Notes: generated by a model from the letters alone, not told the origin. A stretch of 43,083 nucleotides of DNA from an archaeon (GCA_038046625.1 JBBSVV010000005.1:7103-50185); one strand, 5' to 3'; positions 16,307 to 26,383 are shown, counted from the stretch's first letter. Numbers and translations are program-made.

Positions 16307-17515
16307 ATGTTTAACTTTTTGCGCGAGCTTCTTGGCTTCAAGAGGCACCCTGAAAGATATAGTGATTTGAGGAGTTCTAGTTATCTTATAGAATTGCGTT
16401 TAAGCGGTAGAACTAAGACCTATCTGAAAGAGCTCTCTTACCAAATTGCAGAAAAATTTCGTGTGAGAGGCGCGGTTAGGAAGAGGGTTGTGCCTCATGT
16501 TTCTTTATTCGGGCCGTTCAAATCCAATCACGAAAGGGAATTGACCTTAAAGTTTAGTTCAATGTGTAAAAGGCTGGATTTGGTAAAATATAGGCTTAAT
16601 GGTTTTGACCATTTTGAGGATAGGGTAGTGCATGTTCATATTGACCCTTCAACAGAGCTAATCGAGTTTAGAAAGGAGTTGGCGAAATCTCTAATTCCTG
16701 TATGTATTGAAACAAAGCAATATGATTATGTTGATGATTTCAAATTTCATGCTACTTTGGCTTTCAAGGATATTGAAAAAAAATTTGATGCAATTTGGGA
16801 TTACCTCCAAACGCAAGAAACTCCTCTCAAAGAAGAATATGTTTTGAGAATCACGCTTCTCAAGCGAGGGAGAATTCTGAAGGAATATGACCTAATACAA
16901 AGGAGAATGCTCAGCAGAAAGGAAGCGTTGAATAGGGGTGTATGGAAAGAAACTAGGGGTCAGCTTAAAAAAATTAGAGCAAATAATGGAAAAAGAGTAG
17001 TTCAAGAGGTTACGGTTGAAGGCGACCCATATTTCATTAGTGATTTGCACCTTGACCATGCCAACATTATTAGGTATTGCCACAGGCCATTCGAATCAAC
17101 AGAAGAAATGAATGAAACGCTTGTGAATAACTGGAACAATACAATCAAGGATACTGACCAAGTATTTTTTCTCGGTGATATGTCATTTGGAAAGGGTAGC
17201 CGTGGTGCGGATTACTGGATAAAAAAACTGAAAGGCAAAATATATTTTATTAAAGGAAACCATGAAAAAATATATTACAAAAATGCCTTTAATGAACTAA
17301 TATTGAATTGCAAAGGCAAAAAAATCTATCTGGTGCATGACCCATCACATATCCCAAGAGACTGGGTCGGCTGGGCAATACATGGCCATAAACACAACAA
17401 TAGCTTGGTTGAGTTTCCGCTTGTCAATGAAAAAAACAAAACAATAAACGTGAGCTGCGAACTGTTGAATTACACCCCAAAAAGGCTAATTGATATAACA
17501 AAAAACCTAGACTGA
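16307..17515 (+). CDS. fusion of a 2H (LigT-like) phosphoesterase and a calcineurin-like metallophosphoesterase
   Basis: N-terminal half has two H-x-(S/T) motifs (VPHVSLFGPF, FKFHATLAF). C-terminal half has ISDLHLDH, LGDMSFG, KGNHE and IHGHKH. ATG at 16307. Hand-counted 60-nt lines give about 35% GC versus about 50% in the flanking aro genes. Confidence 0.75.
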   Translation: MFNFLRELLGFKRHPERYSDLRSSSYLIELRLSGRTKTYLKELSYQIAEKFRVRGAVRKRVVPHVSLFGPFKSNHERELTLKFSSMCKRLDLVKYRLNGFDHFEDRVVHVHIDPSTELIEFRKELAKSLIPVCIETKQYDYVDDFKFHATLAFKDIEKKFDAIWDYLQTQETPLKEEYVLRITLLKRGRILKEYDLIQRRMLSRKEALNRGVWKETRGQLKKIRANNGKRVVQEVTVEGDPYFISDLHLDHANIIRYCHRPFESTEEMNETLVNNWNNTIKDTDQVFFLGDMSFGKGSRGADYWIKKLKGKIYFIKGNHEKIYYKNAFNELILNCKGKKIYLVHDPSHIPRDWVGWAIHGHKHNNSLVEFPLVNEKNKTINVSCELLNYTPKRLIDITKNLD

Positions 17516-17587
17516 ATAAACTTTCCGCATCTCCAGCGCCTCGTTTTTTCCTATCGGCTCAGCCGTTTCTCGGGTTAAACCCTTTCT

Positions 17588-17598
17588 CCCTTTAGGGG
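17588..17598. repeat. CCC-TTTA-GGGG palindrome (copy X) downstream of aroD
   Basis: The minus strand reads CCCCTAAAGGG and is followed by GGGTTTAAC, as at 33146-33163. It lies between convergent genes. Confidence 0.3.
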
Positions 17599-17621
17599 TC
17601 AGTTCGGATTTTTGCAGCGTT

Positions 17622-18311
17622 TCAGAACATCACGCGCAACCCGGAGTAAATTTTCTTCATCTCTTCAATTGGAATCTGGCCGTCCGCGCTCTCCCCGCCT
17701 TTTTCAAGAGAAGCAAATGTCAGGAAGCCCCCAAGGGGCATTGATAAAATGCGCGAATCCCGACCTATTGAACCCATGCAGAACGCAATCAATTTGATTC
17801 CGCGCCTCTTCGCTTCCTTTAATAGCTCGAACATTATTTTGTTGTCCTCATGCGAATTCGCCTTCGCCACAATCTTGATGACATCGGGCTTTTCCTTCTG
17901 CATTCTCAGCATGAGCTTCAGCAGGTCCTCGAATTGCGGGGTGTGCCCAAAATAATGCTTCGAAAGGATTATTTTGGACTTGTGCTTCTTCGCGTACTCG
18001 AAAAACTTTTTCTTCTGCTCCGCGCCGGTCTCGAATTCAAGGTCAACGTAATCAGCCTTGAGCTTCACGCAGTTCTTCAGAACCGCAATCCTCTTGGTTT
18101 CGCTTTCCATGAATCTGCCTCCTTCCTCCATCCGCCTGCACGTGCAAATCACGGGCTTTCCGCATTTTTTAATTAGCCTTTCAAGGTCCTTTGAGCCCAG
18201 TTCCTTCAGGTAATCCAGGCGCAGCTCAATCATGTCCGCAACGGCATTCGCCTTTTCAATCTGCGCAACGGCAGAACCAATGTCAGCCGCAGCAACAGGA
18301 ACAGCAATCAT
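17622..18311 (-). CDS. aroD: 3-dehydroquinate dehydratase, type I
   Basis: 229 aa with the type I pattern (DMIELRLDYL, ICTCR, KIVAKA) as the last gene of the aro block. Confidence 0.9.
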   Translation of the reverse strand: MIAVPVAAADIGSAVAQIEKANAVADMIELRLDYLKELGSKDLERLIKKCGKPVICTCRRMEEGGRFMESETKRIAVLKNCVKLKADYVDLEFETGAEQKKKFFEYAKKHKSKIILSKHYFGHTPQFEDLLKLMLRMQKEKPDVIKIVAKANSHEDNKIMFELLKEAKRRGIKLIAFCMGSIGRDSRILSMPLGGFLTFASLEKGGESADGQIPIEEMKKIYSGLRVMF

Positions 18312-19410
18312 CGCTACACCTCAAAGCCTCAAGAACGGTTTTGTCATCAACAAAAATCCCGTAGCTTCCTTTATGCGAATACATTTTCCCTATCGCAATG
18401 GGCAAAGAATACCTCACTTTCCCCGAAACCGCCTTTTTGTCCCTCTCGGTCAAAGCCAAAATCTTTTCAGGTTCATAATCAGGAAGTTCAGTCGGCAAAC
18501 CGAATTCGTGCAAAAGCACGGAAATCCTGCATTCATCCTCGCTTTGCAAAAGCCCCAGCCTAACCGCAATCCTGTTTTCAACAGCCATGCCAATCGAAAC
18601 GGCCTCACCGTGCGAATGTGTTGTGTATTTCCCGAGTGTTTCAATCGCATGGCCTATTGTATGCCCGAGATTCAGTACGCGCCTGTAATTCATTTCCTTC
18701 TCGTCCTTTTCAACTACCCGCGCCTTGAGTTCACAGTTTCTTTTGATGACTTCCGCCATTATTTTCGGTTCCCTTGCAAGAATCTTTTGGGAATTATTTT
18801 CCAAAAAAGAAAAGAATTTCGCGTCATTCAGCACCGCCTGCTTCACAACTTCCGCCATTCCATTGGAAAACTCCTTTTCGGAAAGAGTCCTGATGAATTG
18901 CGTGCTCACATAAACCTTTTTCGGCTGCGCAAATGTGCCCACAGTATTCTTTCCAAGAGAAAGGTTCGCTCCTGTTTTTCCTCCAATGCTCGAATCAACC
19001 ATCGCCAAAAGCGTTGTCGGAACCTGCACAAAATTTATTCCCCTTAAATAAATTGAAGCAGCGAATCCCGCGAGATCCCCTGAAATCCCGCCGCCAAGCG
19101 CGATTACGCAGCTTTTCCTGTCGAATCTCTTTGAAAGCATTCCCTCAAGAACCGCTTCAACATTCCGCAGTGACTTGTTTTTCTCACCAGCCTCAAAAGA
19201 AACAATGCCCGCACCCATTTTCTTTTTCCGCAGCTCTGAAAGGAGCTTTGTGCCGAAAAGTTTTTTCACGTTCGAATCGCACACAATGCAGTAGTCGCTG
19301 CCGAAACCGTCTTTTTTGATTTCCGCTGCAAGCTGCGCAGGCGAATAATTGCCTATGCTTATGCCGTAGCTGTCATCTATTTTTTTCTTCAGCCTTACAA
19401 TTACATTCAT
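18283..19410 (-). CDS. aroB: 3-dehydroquinate synthase
   Basis: 375 aa with ALGGGISGDLAGFAAS, VPTTLLAMVDSSIGGKTG and GHTIGHAIE motifs. It overlaps aroD by 29 nt. Confidence 0.9.
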   Translation of the reverse strand: MNVIVRLKKKIDDSYGISIGNYSPAQLAAEIKKDGFGSDYCIVCDSNVKKLFGTKLLSELRKKKMGAGIVSFEAGEKNKSLRNVEAVLEGMLSKRFDRKSCVIALGGGISGDLAGFAASIYLRGINFVQVPTTLLAMVDSSIGGKTGANLSLGKNTVGTFAQPKKVYVSTQFIRTLSEKEFSNGMAEVVKQAVLNDAKFFSFLENNSQKILAREPKIMAEVIKRNCELKARVVEKDEKEMNYRRVLNLGHTIGHAIETLGKYTTHSHGEAVSIGMAVENRIAVRLGLLQSEDECRISVLLHEFGLPTELPDYEPEKILALTERDKKAVSGKVRYSLPIAIGKMYSHKGSYGIFVDDKTVLEALRCSDDCCSCCCG

Positions 19411-19922
19411 GCAAAACCCTCTTTTTCAAGCGCCCTCAGCACCTGTGAAACCGATTCCGCAACCGAAGCGTTTCCCGTGTCAAAAACCAAGTCTGCGGCT
19501 TCCTCATAAAATTTTTTCCTTTGCTCCAGCAAATGTCTTACCTCTTCAAATTGCCCCTTTTCCGTCAATGCAGGCCTGTTGGAATCTCTCCCAATGCGCG
19601 AATAAATCTTTTCAGCGGAAGCCGTCAGTAATACTATTTTTGAATTCTTTTTAAGGCTATCAATGTTCTCCCTGAACAGCACAACACCTCCTCCGCACGC
19701 GATGCACTGGTTATCCCTGGTAGAAACCTCCTTTACTACCATTTTCTCAATCTCCCTGAATTTCTCTTCTCCAGAGGCCTCAAAAATTTTCGGAATGCTC
19801 TTTCCAGCCTTTTCCGCTATGAGCTCATCAGTGTCCACAAAACGCAGTTTGAGCCTTTTAGCCAGCGCCCTTGCCAAGGTGGTTTTTCCAGTGCCCCTAA
19901 AGCCAATAAATGCAATGTTCAT
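19407..19922 (-). CDS. aroK: shikimate kinase, AroK (P-loop, bacterial) type
   Basis: 171 aa with Walker A GFRGTGKTT, DTD and ACGGGVV motifs. ATGA overlaps at both ends. Confidence 0.9.
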   Translation of the reverse strand: MNIAFIGFRGTGKTTLARALAKRLKLRFVDTDELIAEKAGKSIPKIFEASGEEKFREIEKMVVKEVSTRDNQCIACGGGVVLFRENIDSLKKNSKIVLLTASAEKIYSRIGRDSNRPALTEKGQFEEVRHLLEQRKKFYEEAADLVFDTGNASVAESVSQVLRALEKEGFA

Positions 19923-21184
19923 TCTTTCCCCTCATAAGCATTTTCGAGTTCCCCGAAAAAATTTGGAAAACTCTTTGAAACAACTTTTTCATCATCAATA
20001 ATCATTCCGCCGGTTTTCAGGCCCAGAACCGAGAATGCCATTGCAATCCTGTGGTCATTAAAAGAATTAATCGCTGTGCCATGCGGTTTTCCGCCGTCAA
20101 TTTCGAGAAAATCCGCGCCATACCTGCACTTCACTCCGCATTTCTCCAGATTTTTCGCCACGCTCTCGATGCGGTTGCTCTCCTTTGCCGCGAGATGAGA
20201 AATTCCCGTTATTTTGGTTTTGCCTTTTGCAACAGCCGCGACAACAGCAATGCTTGGAACAATGTCAGGGCAATCGGCCATGTCAACGCCTATCCCTTTC
20301 ATCGGCTTTCCCTTCACTTCAATAAAATCCTTTCCTTTCTTCAGGGAGCAACCCATTTTCGAAACCAAATCCAAAAACTTTTTGTCCCCCTGGCTCGAGT
20401 AAGGATTCAAGTTATTCACCTTGGCCTTTCCTCCTGTTATTGCTGCGGCCGCAAAAAAATACGAAGCCGAACTGTAATCCCCCTCAATCTCATAATCCTG
20501 TGCCTTGTACATTTCCTTTCCCTTCACAAAAAACTCCGTGTAATCATGGTTCACGCATAAAACACCGAAAGATTTCATGCAGTCAATGGTGATGTCCACA
20601 TAAGGCCCCGATTTCAATTCCCCTGAAACCTTTGCAAGCACGCCCTTTTCCGTGTAAGGCGCCGAAACCAGGATTGCGCTCAAAAACTGCGAACTTTCAG
20701 ATCCCTCAACAATCGTTTTTCCCCCTTCAAGGCCTCCGCCCTTTACCTTTACAGGAAAAGAGCCGTTCTCCGAAGCGGAAGCCTCAGCACCGAGCTTTTC
20801 CAAAGCAGAAACAAGTCCCGAAACAGGCCTCTCCTTGAGCCTCGCATCACCCGTAATCACTGAATTTCCGTTTGCGAGCGCAGCCAAGGGAACGAGAAAG
20901 CGCGCAGTTACCCCTGAATTGCCGACAAAAACCTCTTTGTGCGGAGCAACCAGCTTTCCTGCGGTGCCATGAACTATGAAATCCTTTCCATCAAAATCAA
21001 TGCGTGCGCCGAACAAAGCAAGTGCATTCGCCGCGTGCCTCTGGTCATCCGCATAAAGCGCATTCCGCAAAAAACTTTTTCCATCCGCAAGCGAAGCAAT
21101 GAAAAGAGCCCTCAATGTATGGGCCTTCGATGGAGGCGCATTGAAAACGGCATTCAGCTTTTTCACTGCATCTATTTTCCTCAT
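19919..21184 (-). CDS. aroA: 3-phosphoshikimate 1-carboxyvinyltransferase (EPSP synthase)
   Basis: 421 aa with PPSKAHTLRAL, KESNRI and DHRIAMAF motifs. Confidence 0.95.
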   Translation of the reverse strand: MRKIDAVKKLNAVFNAPPSKAHTLRALFIASLADGKSFLRNALYADDQRHAANALALFGARIDFDGKDFIVHGTAGKLVAPHKEVFVGNSGVTARFLVPLAALANGNSVITGDARLKERPVSGLVSALEKLGAEASASENGSFPVKVKGGGLEGGKTIVEGSESSQFLSAILVSAPYTEKGVLAKVSGELKSGPYVDITIDCMKSFGVLCVNHDYTEFFVKGKEMYKAQDYEIEGDYSSASYFFAAAAITGGKAKVNNLNPYSSQGDKKFLDLVSKMGCSLKKGKDFIEVKGKPMKGIGVDMADCPDIVPSIAVVAAVAKGKTKITGISHLAAKESNRIESVAKNLEKCGVKCRYGADFLEIDGGKPHGTAINSFNDHRIAMAFSVLGLKTGGMIIDDEKVVSKSFPNFFGELENAYEGKE

Positions 21185-21275
21185 TTTCTCACCTCACCGT
21201 TTTCCCTCTTCGAGGACTTCGCGACCGGCGGTACCGACAGCATACCCTTCGGGTACACTTGGCTTCGCACTGCAA
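21185..21275 (-). repeat. stop/start-bridging intercistronic element, copy B (trpA|aroA)
   Basis: 91 nt. Hairpin GTACCC-GAA-GGGTAT (21242-21256) and CCTC-GAA-GAGG (21205-21215). The 32-codon mini-ORF 21181-21279 is bounded by ATGA overlaps, and the 3' end repeats the trpA 3' end (GGTGA..AAATGA). Confidence 0.75.
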
Positions 21276-22091
21276 TCATTTCATCACCGTTGCAGCCTTG
21301 AGTTTCGCGCAAAAATCCTTCAATTCCAAAATCATTGCGCCTTCATTCCCAAGGTTCCTCTCAATCACCGCCTCAATTGCGGAACCCACAATGGCGCCGT
21401 CGGCCCCCGCAGAAATTATTTTCTTCACGTGCTCAGGCATTGAAATCCCGAAGCCGATGCATGCGGGCAACTTTGAATTTTTTTTCACGCGCCCCGCGAG
21501 TTCCAATGCAGAATCCTTTATGTCCTTCCTTTCCCCTGTAACCCCGAGCAGGCCAACCACATACATGAAACCGCCCGCTTTTTTCGAAATTTCCCTTATC
21601 CTCTTGTCGCTTGTCGTGGGGGCAACCATAAAAATCATTTTCAAGCCAATCTCCGTGGCCTCTTTCAATGCTTCGCGTGATTCCTCGATAGGCATGTCAG
21701 CAATGAGAATCCCGTCAACGCCGGCTTCCTTCGCCTTAACCAAAAAATCCTTTACGCCATTCGAGTAGACAAGATTGTAATACAAAAGCAGGCCTATCGG
21801 GATTTCGCTGTTCTTTGCCCTTATGCCTTTTATTATTTCAAAGCACTTGTCCGGGTTGATTCCTGCATCCAATGCGCGCTGGTCCGCAGCCTGGATTCTC
21901 TTTCCATCCGCAATGGGGTCGGAAAAAGGGAAACCGAGCTCGAGAGCATCGGCACTTTCAAGGAGCGTTTCCACGATTTTTTTTGAGGCATTGAAATCAG
22001 GGTCGCCGAGAACCACAAAAGGAATGAATGCGCCTTCATTTTTTCCCCTTAATTTTCCAAACATTTTTCCGTAGCGGTCCATATAATTCAC
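21276..22091 (-). CDS. trpA: tryptophan synthase alpha chain
   Basis: 271 aa with ELGFPFSDPIADG and CIGFGIS motifs. Confidence 0.95.
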   Translation of the reverse strand: MNYMDRYGKMFGKLRGKNEGAFIPFVVLGDPDFNASKKIVETLLESADALELGFPFSDPIADGKRIQAADQRALDAGINPDKCFEIIKGIRAKNSEIPIGLLLYYNLVYSNGVKDFLVKAKEAGVDGILIADMPIEESREALKEATEIGLKMIFMVAPTTSDKRIREISKKAGGFMYVVGLLGVTGERKDIKDSALELAGRVKKNSKLPACIGFGISMPEHVKKIISAGADGAIVGSAIEAVIERNLGNEGAMILELKDFCAKLKAATVMK

Positions 22092-23273
22092 CTATTTGCC
22101 CTCCAGTGCTTTTGCCACGTGCTCGAGGTCCTTGTCGCCCCTTCCGGACAAATTAATTATGACCACGTCCTTTTTCGAGCAGTTCTTCGCGTACTTCAAT
22201 GCATACGCAACGGCGTGGCTCGACTCCAATGCAGGAATAATCCCTTCCTTTTCGGAAAGCAATTTGAATGCGGCGAGCGCCTCGGTATCCGTCGCGTAAA
22301 AATACTTCGCCCTCTTCAAATCGCGCAGCATCGCGTGCTCCGGCCCCACGGCGGAATAGTCAAGGCCAGCGGAAATCGAGTGCGTGTTGTAAATCTGGCC
22401 GAACCTGTCCTGCAATACATAAGTGAGGGTTCCATGCAATACTCCTTTGCGCCCAAGCTTCGGGTCGGCAAAACGAGCGGCATGCTTTCCGCTTTCGATT
22501 CCCATTCCGCCTGCCTCAACCCCGATGAGTTCCACTTTCTTGTCCTTCACGAACTCCCTGAAAATCCCTATTGCGTTGCTCCCGCCGCCGACACACGCAA
22601 TAATGGCTTTCGGCAGCTTCCCCTCTTTTTTAAGGATTTGCTTTCTTGCCTCTTTCCCTATTACGCTCTGGAAATGCGCAACCATGGATGGGTAAGGGTG
22701 CGGCCCCAAAACAGAACCAAGGAGATAATGGGTATCCTGAACATTCGCTGTCCAGTCGCGTAGCGCCTCATTTATCGCGTCCTTCAATGTTTTGCTTCCG
22801 CTCGAAACAGGAATCACTTTTGCGCCGGCCAATTTCATCCTGAAAACATTGGGCCTCTGCCTTTCAATGTCAACCTCACCCATGTAAATCTCGCATTTCA
22901 GGCCAAGTTTTGCGCACGCAATGGCAGTGGCAACTCCGTGCTGCCCCGCGCCTGTTTCCGCGATGATTCTTTTTTTGCCCATGTACTTCGCGAGCAAAGC
23001 CTGCCCAAGGGCGTTGTTGATTTTATGCGCCCCGGTATGCGCAAGATCCTCACGCTTTAAATAAATTCTGCATCCGAGTTCCCTGCTCAACTCAGAGGCG
23101 AAAGTCAACGGAGTAGGCCTTCCAACAAAACTCGCGAGCAATTCATTAAGTTCCGCATTGAATTTTTTGTCCTTGCGGGACTTTTCAAATGCCGCTTCGA
23201 GTTCCTTCACTGCGGGCATCAGTGTTTCAGGGACAAACTGGCCGCCGTAAGAACCGAACATCCCCTTCCTCAT
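22092..23273 (-). CDS. trpB: tryptophan synthase beta chain
   Basis: 393 aa with HTGAHKINN and GGGSNAIG motifs. Confidence 0.95.
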   Translation of the reverse strand: MRKGMFGSYGGQFVPETLMPAVKELEAAFEKSRKDKKFNAELNELLASFVGRPTPLTFASELSRELGCRIYLKREDLAHTGAHKINNALGQALLAKYMGKKRIIAETGAGQHGVATAIACAKLGLKCEIYMGEVDIERQRPNVFRMKLAGAKVIPVSSGSKTLKDAINEALRDWTANVQDTHYLLGSVLGPHPYPSMVAHFQSVIGKEARKQILKKEGKLPKAIIACVGGGSNAIGIFREFVKDKKVELIGVEAGGMGIESGKHAARFADPKLGRKGVLHGTLTYVLQDRFGQIYNTHSISAGLDYSAVGPEHAMLRDLKRAKYFYATDTEALAAFKLLSEKEGIIPALESSHAVAYALKYAKNCSKKDVVIINLSGRGDKDLEHVAKALEGK

Positions 23274-24655
23274 TTTTTACCCACCGCACTTTGAATGAAT
23301 TCCCTCATTTTCGCGTAATTTTTTACGCCCGGCCTCGCTTCCGTGGCGGAGCAAACATCGACAATTACAGGATTGAACTCCTTAATAATCCGTTTCACGT
23401 TTCCCGCATTCAGGCCCCCGGAAAAAATCAGCTTCGTGGAATTAATTTTTACATTTTGCAAAAATTTTTCGTTAATTTGCGTTCCGGTTCCGCCAAACAG
23501 GCCTTTGGAGGGTGCGTCAAGCATTATGAAGTCAGCGCGGAAACTTTTTGCCTTTGCAATGCTGCCTTTATCCTCGACATGAACGGCTTTAATTACTGGC
23601 AATCCAATGCCATTGATTTCACTCGGCTTTTCATTGCCTGAAAACTGCGCCAAATCCAGGCCGACGCGCTTCGCAATTTTCCTCACTTTATTTTTGCCCT
23701 CGTTCACAAAAACCCCTGCAACAAGCGCCTTTCCTTTCACCCTGTGCGCAATTTTTTTCGCCAGCCCAATTGAAACAAACCTCGGGCTCTTGGGGTAGAA
23801 GTTCAGCCCAATCAGGTCGGCCCCGAGTTTCACCGCATCCATTGCGTCCTTTTCGCTTGTGATGCCGCAAATCTTCACAAGGGTTTTTCCGGATAATTCC
23901 TTCAGCTTCACGCGCGGAACCGGAAAGGACATTATGGCTGTCCCGACAAGTATTGCGTCCGCAATTCCTTTGAGCGAGTCAACCTGCCGCCTTGAATTGA
24001 TTGCGGATTCGGAAACAAGAACAATTTTATTTCTCCTGCCTTTCGGTATTTTTTTTGCCAGCCTTGCGGTAACGGCAAAATCTTCCCTCAGCGTGGCGAG
24101 GTTCCGGTTGTTTATGCCTATTATTTTGGCATTCGTGCGCAGGATTTTTTTCAGCCCCGAAAAGGAATCGCATTCAACCAAACAATCCATTCCGAGCGAA
24201 TCCGCAACTTCAATGAACTCGCCGATCTGCTTTTCCGTAAGGATATTCGCAATCAAAAGGATTGCATCTGCCCCGTAATGCCTCGCCTCGAAAATCTGGT
24301 AAGCATCAACAATGAAATCCTTGCGCAGCAAAGGCTTTTTCGTGAATCTGCGCGCGCCCTTCAAAAAATCCAGAGAACCGGAAAAATGCTTCTCTTCGGT
24401 AAGAATCGAAATCGCATCGGCGTACTCATCATAAAGTCGCATGAATTCCGCGAGCGAAGCGGATTTGTTTATGCTCCCCCTTGAGGGAGAGCTCTTCTTG
24501 AATTCCCCAATGAGCTTCATTTCCCATTTTTTCCCCAATGCCTTGAGGAATGAATGCGATGCCTTGCGGATTTTCATCCTCGTAACGGGAAAGCTCTTTT
24601 TTCTGTGCCTAACTTCCGCGAGCTTTTCCTTCCTTACTTTCTCAAGGAAATTCAT
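23270..24655 (-). CDS. trpCF: fused indole-3-glycerol-phosphate synthase / phosphoribosylanthranilate isomerase
   Basis: 461 aa. The N-terminal half is TrpC-like ([19 protein letters not shown]). The C-terminal half is TrpF-like ([30 protein letters not shown]). Confidence 0.9.
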   Translation of the reverse strand: MNFLEKVRKEKLAEVRHRKKSFPVTRMKIRKASHSFLKALGKKWEMKLIGEFKKSSPSRGSINKSASLAEFMRLYDEYADAISILTEEKHFSGSLDFLKGARRFTKKPLLRKDFIVDAYQIFEARHYGADAILLIANILTEKQIGEFIEVADSLGMDCLVECDSFSGLKKILRTNAKIIGINNRNLATLREDFAVTARLAKKIPKGRRNKIVLVSESAINSRRQVDSLKGIADAILVGTAIMSFPVPRVKLKELSGKTLVKICGITSEKDAMDAVKLGADLIGLNFYPKSPRFVSIGLAKKIAHRVKGKALVAGVFVNEGKNKVRKIAKRVGLDLAQFSGNEKPSEINGIGLPVIKAVHVEDKGSIAKAKSFRADFIMLDAPSKGLFGGTGTQINEKFLQNVKINSTKLIFSGGLNAGNVKRIIKEFNPVIVDVCSATEARPGVKNYAKMREFIQSAVGKK

Positions 24656-25665
24656 GCGCGCGACTCCTTCACGAGCAATTCAAGCTTCTCAAGAGCTTTT
24701 CCAGAATCAATGCTTTTTCTCGCAAGTTCAATCCCTTCCTTTATAGAACCAGCCTTTCCGTTCGCAAAAATCGCGATGCCGGCATTAAGGAGTATTGTGT
24801 CGCGCTTCGCGCCCTTTTCTTTTCCGGAAAGAATGCCCCTGATAACTTGCGCCGATTCCTTTGCATCCGCAACAACCAGCTCTTTTGGAATGCACCCGGC
24901 AAGGCCAAGCTCTTTCGGCAAAAATTCCTTCTTCTGCACTTTTCCGTTCTCGACAATGAAAGCAACATTTTTTCCCGTAAGTGTGGCCTCATCATAGCCG
25001 TTGCCGTTTATCACAACGGCTTTTTTTGTGCCAAGGCCCGCAAGCACAAACGCGAGTTTTTCCGCAAGTTCCGCGCTGTAAACCCCCAAAAGGAAAGTGT
25101 TTGCCCCGGCAGGATTCGTAATGGGCCCCAGGATGTTGAAAATGGTCCTAATCCCTATTTCCTTTCTCGGAACCGCGGCGTATTTCATTGCCGGGTGGTG
25201 CTTCTGTGCAAACATGAAAACTATGCCTATTTTTGAAAGTATTTCCGAGTTGCGCTCCGCGTCATTGTCAATTTTCGCTCCGAGCGCCTCGAGCACATCG
25301 GCCGCGCCGCTCCTGCTCGAAACACTTCGGTTGCCGTGCTTCGCAACAACACAACCAGCACCCGCACACACAAACGCGCTTGCCGTAGAAATGTTGAAGC
25401 TGGATTTTCCGTCCCCGCCCGTGCCCACAACATCCAGAAGGTCGGCCTTTCCCTTGTAAGATACTTTTGCGGCAACGCCCCTCATTGATTCGGCCGCGCC
25501 CTGAATCTCCTCAATCGATTCCCCTTTCATCCTCAATGCGGTTATGAGAGACGCAATCTGCGAGTCAGTTGCCCTGCCCTGCATGATTTCGTCAAAAGTT
25601 TCCTTCGCCTCGGCTCTGGAAAGATTTTTCCCGTCAACAATTTTTCCAATCGCTTCCTTAATCAT
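24652..25665 (-). CDS. trpD: anthranilate phosphoribosyltransferase
   Basis: 337 aa with VGTGGDGKSSFNISTA and KHGNRSVSS motifs. Confidence 0.95.
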   Translation of the reverse strand: MIKEAIGKIVDGKNLSRAEAKETFDEIMQGRATDSQIASLITALRMKGESIEEIQGAAESMRGVAAKVSYKGKADLLDVVGTGGDGKSSFNISTASAFVCAGAGCVVAKHGNRSVSSRSGAADVLEALGAKIDNDAERNSEILSKIGIVFMFAQKHHPAMKYAAVPRKEIGIRTIFNILGPITNPAGANTFLLGVYSAELAEKLAFVLAGLGTKKAVVINGNGYDEATLTGKNVAFIVENGKVQKKEFLPKELGLAGCIPKELVVADAKESAQVIRGILSGKEKGAKRDTILLNAGIAIFANGKAGSIKEGIELARKSIDSGKALEKLELLVKESRA

Positions 25666-26249
25666 TTTTTTGCCCCCTTGGCCATTTTCATTACGTTCTC
25701 AATCATTAATCCGCCTTCAGGCGTAAGAATGCTTTCAGGGTGGAACTGCACACCGAAAGAAACGTGCTTTTTGTGCCGCACACCCATAATAATTCCTGAT
25801 TCGCTTTTCGCCGTGACTTCCAGAACACCGGGAATCTTTTCCCCGGCAAGAGAGTGGTAACGGCCGGCCTGAAAAGGGTTCGAAAGCCCCTGAAAAATCC
25901 CTTTTCCGTCATGGGAAACCATTGAAGGCTTTCCGTGGATGGTTTCAACGGCCTTTCCGACCTTTCCGCCGAACGCCTCAATCATTGCCTGCTCACCCAG
26001 GCAAACGCCGAACAAAGGAATTTTTCCGGAATACTCTTTAATGACTGGCATGCTGTTTCCGGCATTTGCGGGATTTGAAGGCCCCGGAGAAATCACAATC
26101 AAATCAGGCCCGAACCCGGAAATTATTTCCCTGATTTTTTTCATCGGAACATCATTCCTGTAAACCTCGACCCTGCAGCCGCGCTTCTCGAACTCTTCGA
26201 CCAAATTATAAGTGAACGAATCGAAATTATCAAGGAAAAATACCTTCAC
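25662..26249 (-). CDS. trpG: anthranilate synthase component II (glutamine amidotransferase)
   Basis: The conserved domain starts at (V/M)KVFFLDNFDSFTYNL with GTG at 26249, and carries GVCLGEQ and HPES motifs. The ORF stays open upstream to the ATG at 26387 through element D, giving a 46-aa non-homologous extension. Confidence 0.85.
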   Translation of the reverse strand: MKVFFLDNFDSFTYNLVEEFEKRGCRVEVYRNDVPMKKIREIISGFGPDLIVISPGPSNPANAGNSMPVIKEYSGKIPLFGVCLGEQAMIEAFGGKVGKAVETIHGKPSMVSHDGKGIFQGLSNPFQAGRYHSLAGEKIPGVLEVTAKSESGIIMGVRHKKHVSFGVQFHPESILTPEGGLMIENVMKMAKGAKK

Positions 26250-26383
26250 AACCCTTTCGCCGGTTCGCCCTAGCGGGTGCAGGGGGAGCGACTGCCCCTG
26301 CTCCTTGTACCCGTAGGGTACGAGGCCTCGCGGAATCTTTGGATTCTGCAAGGTCGCAGGGCCATGGCTCACTTTGTTCGCAA
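26250..26383 (-). repeat. stop/start-bridging intercistronic element, copy D (trpE|trpG), in frame with trpG
   Basis: 134 nt. Hairpins at 26333-26346 (GAATC/GATTC), 26307-26321 (GTACCC-NNN-GGGTAC) and 26279-26301 (GCAGGGG/CCCCTGC). It starts ATGATTGCG overlapping the trpE TGA. Confidence 0.7.

Noticed and set aside
18283-18311. Cys-rich C-terminal tail of AroB (…CSDDCCSCCCG) suggesting a metal-binding motif
   Set aside because: The tail is produced by the 29-nt out-of-frame overlap with the aroD start (GCTGTT/GCTGCG repeats read in another frame). It is most likely an incidental by-product of the overlap.
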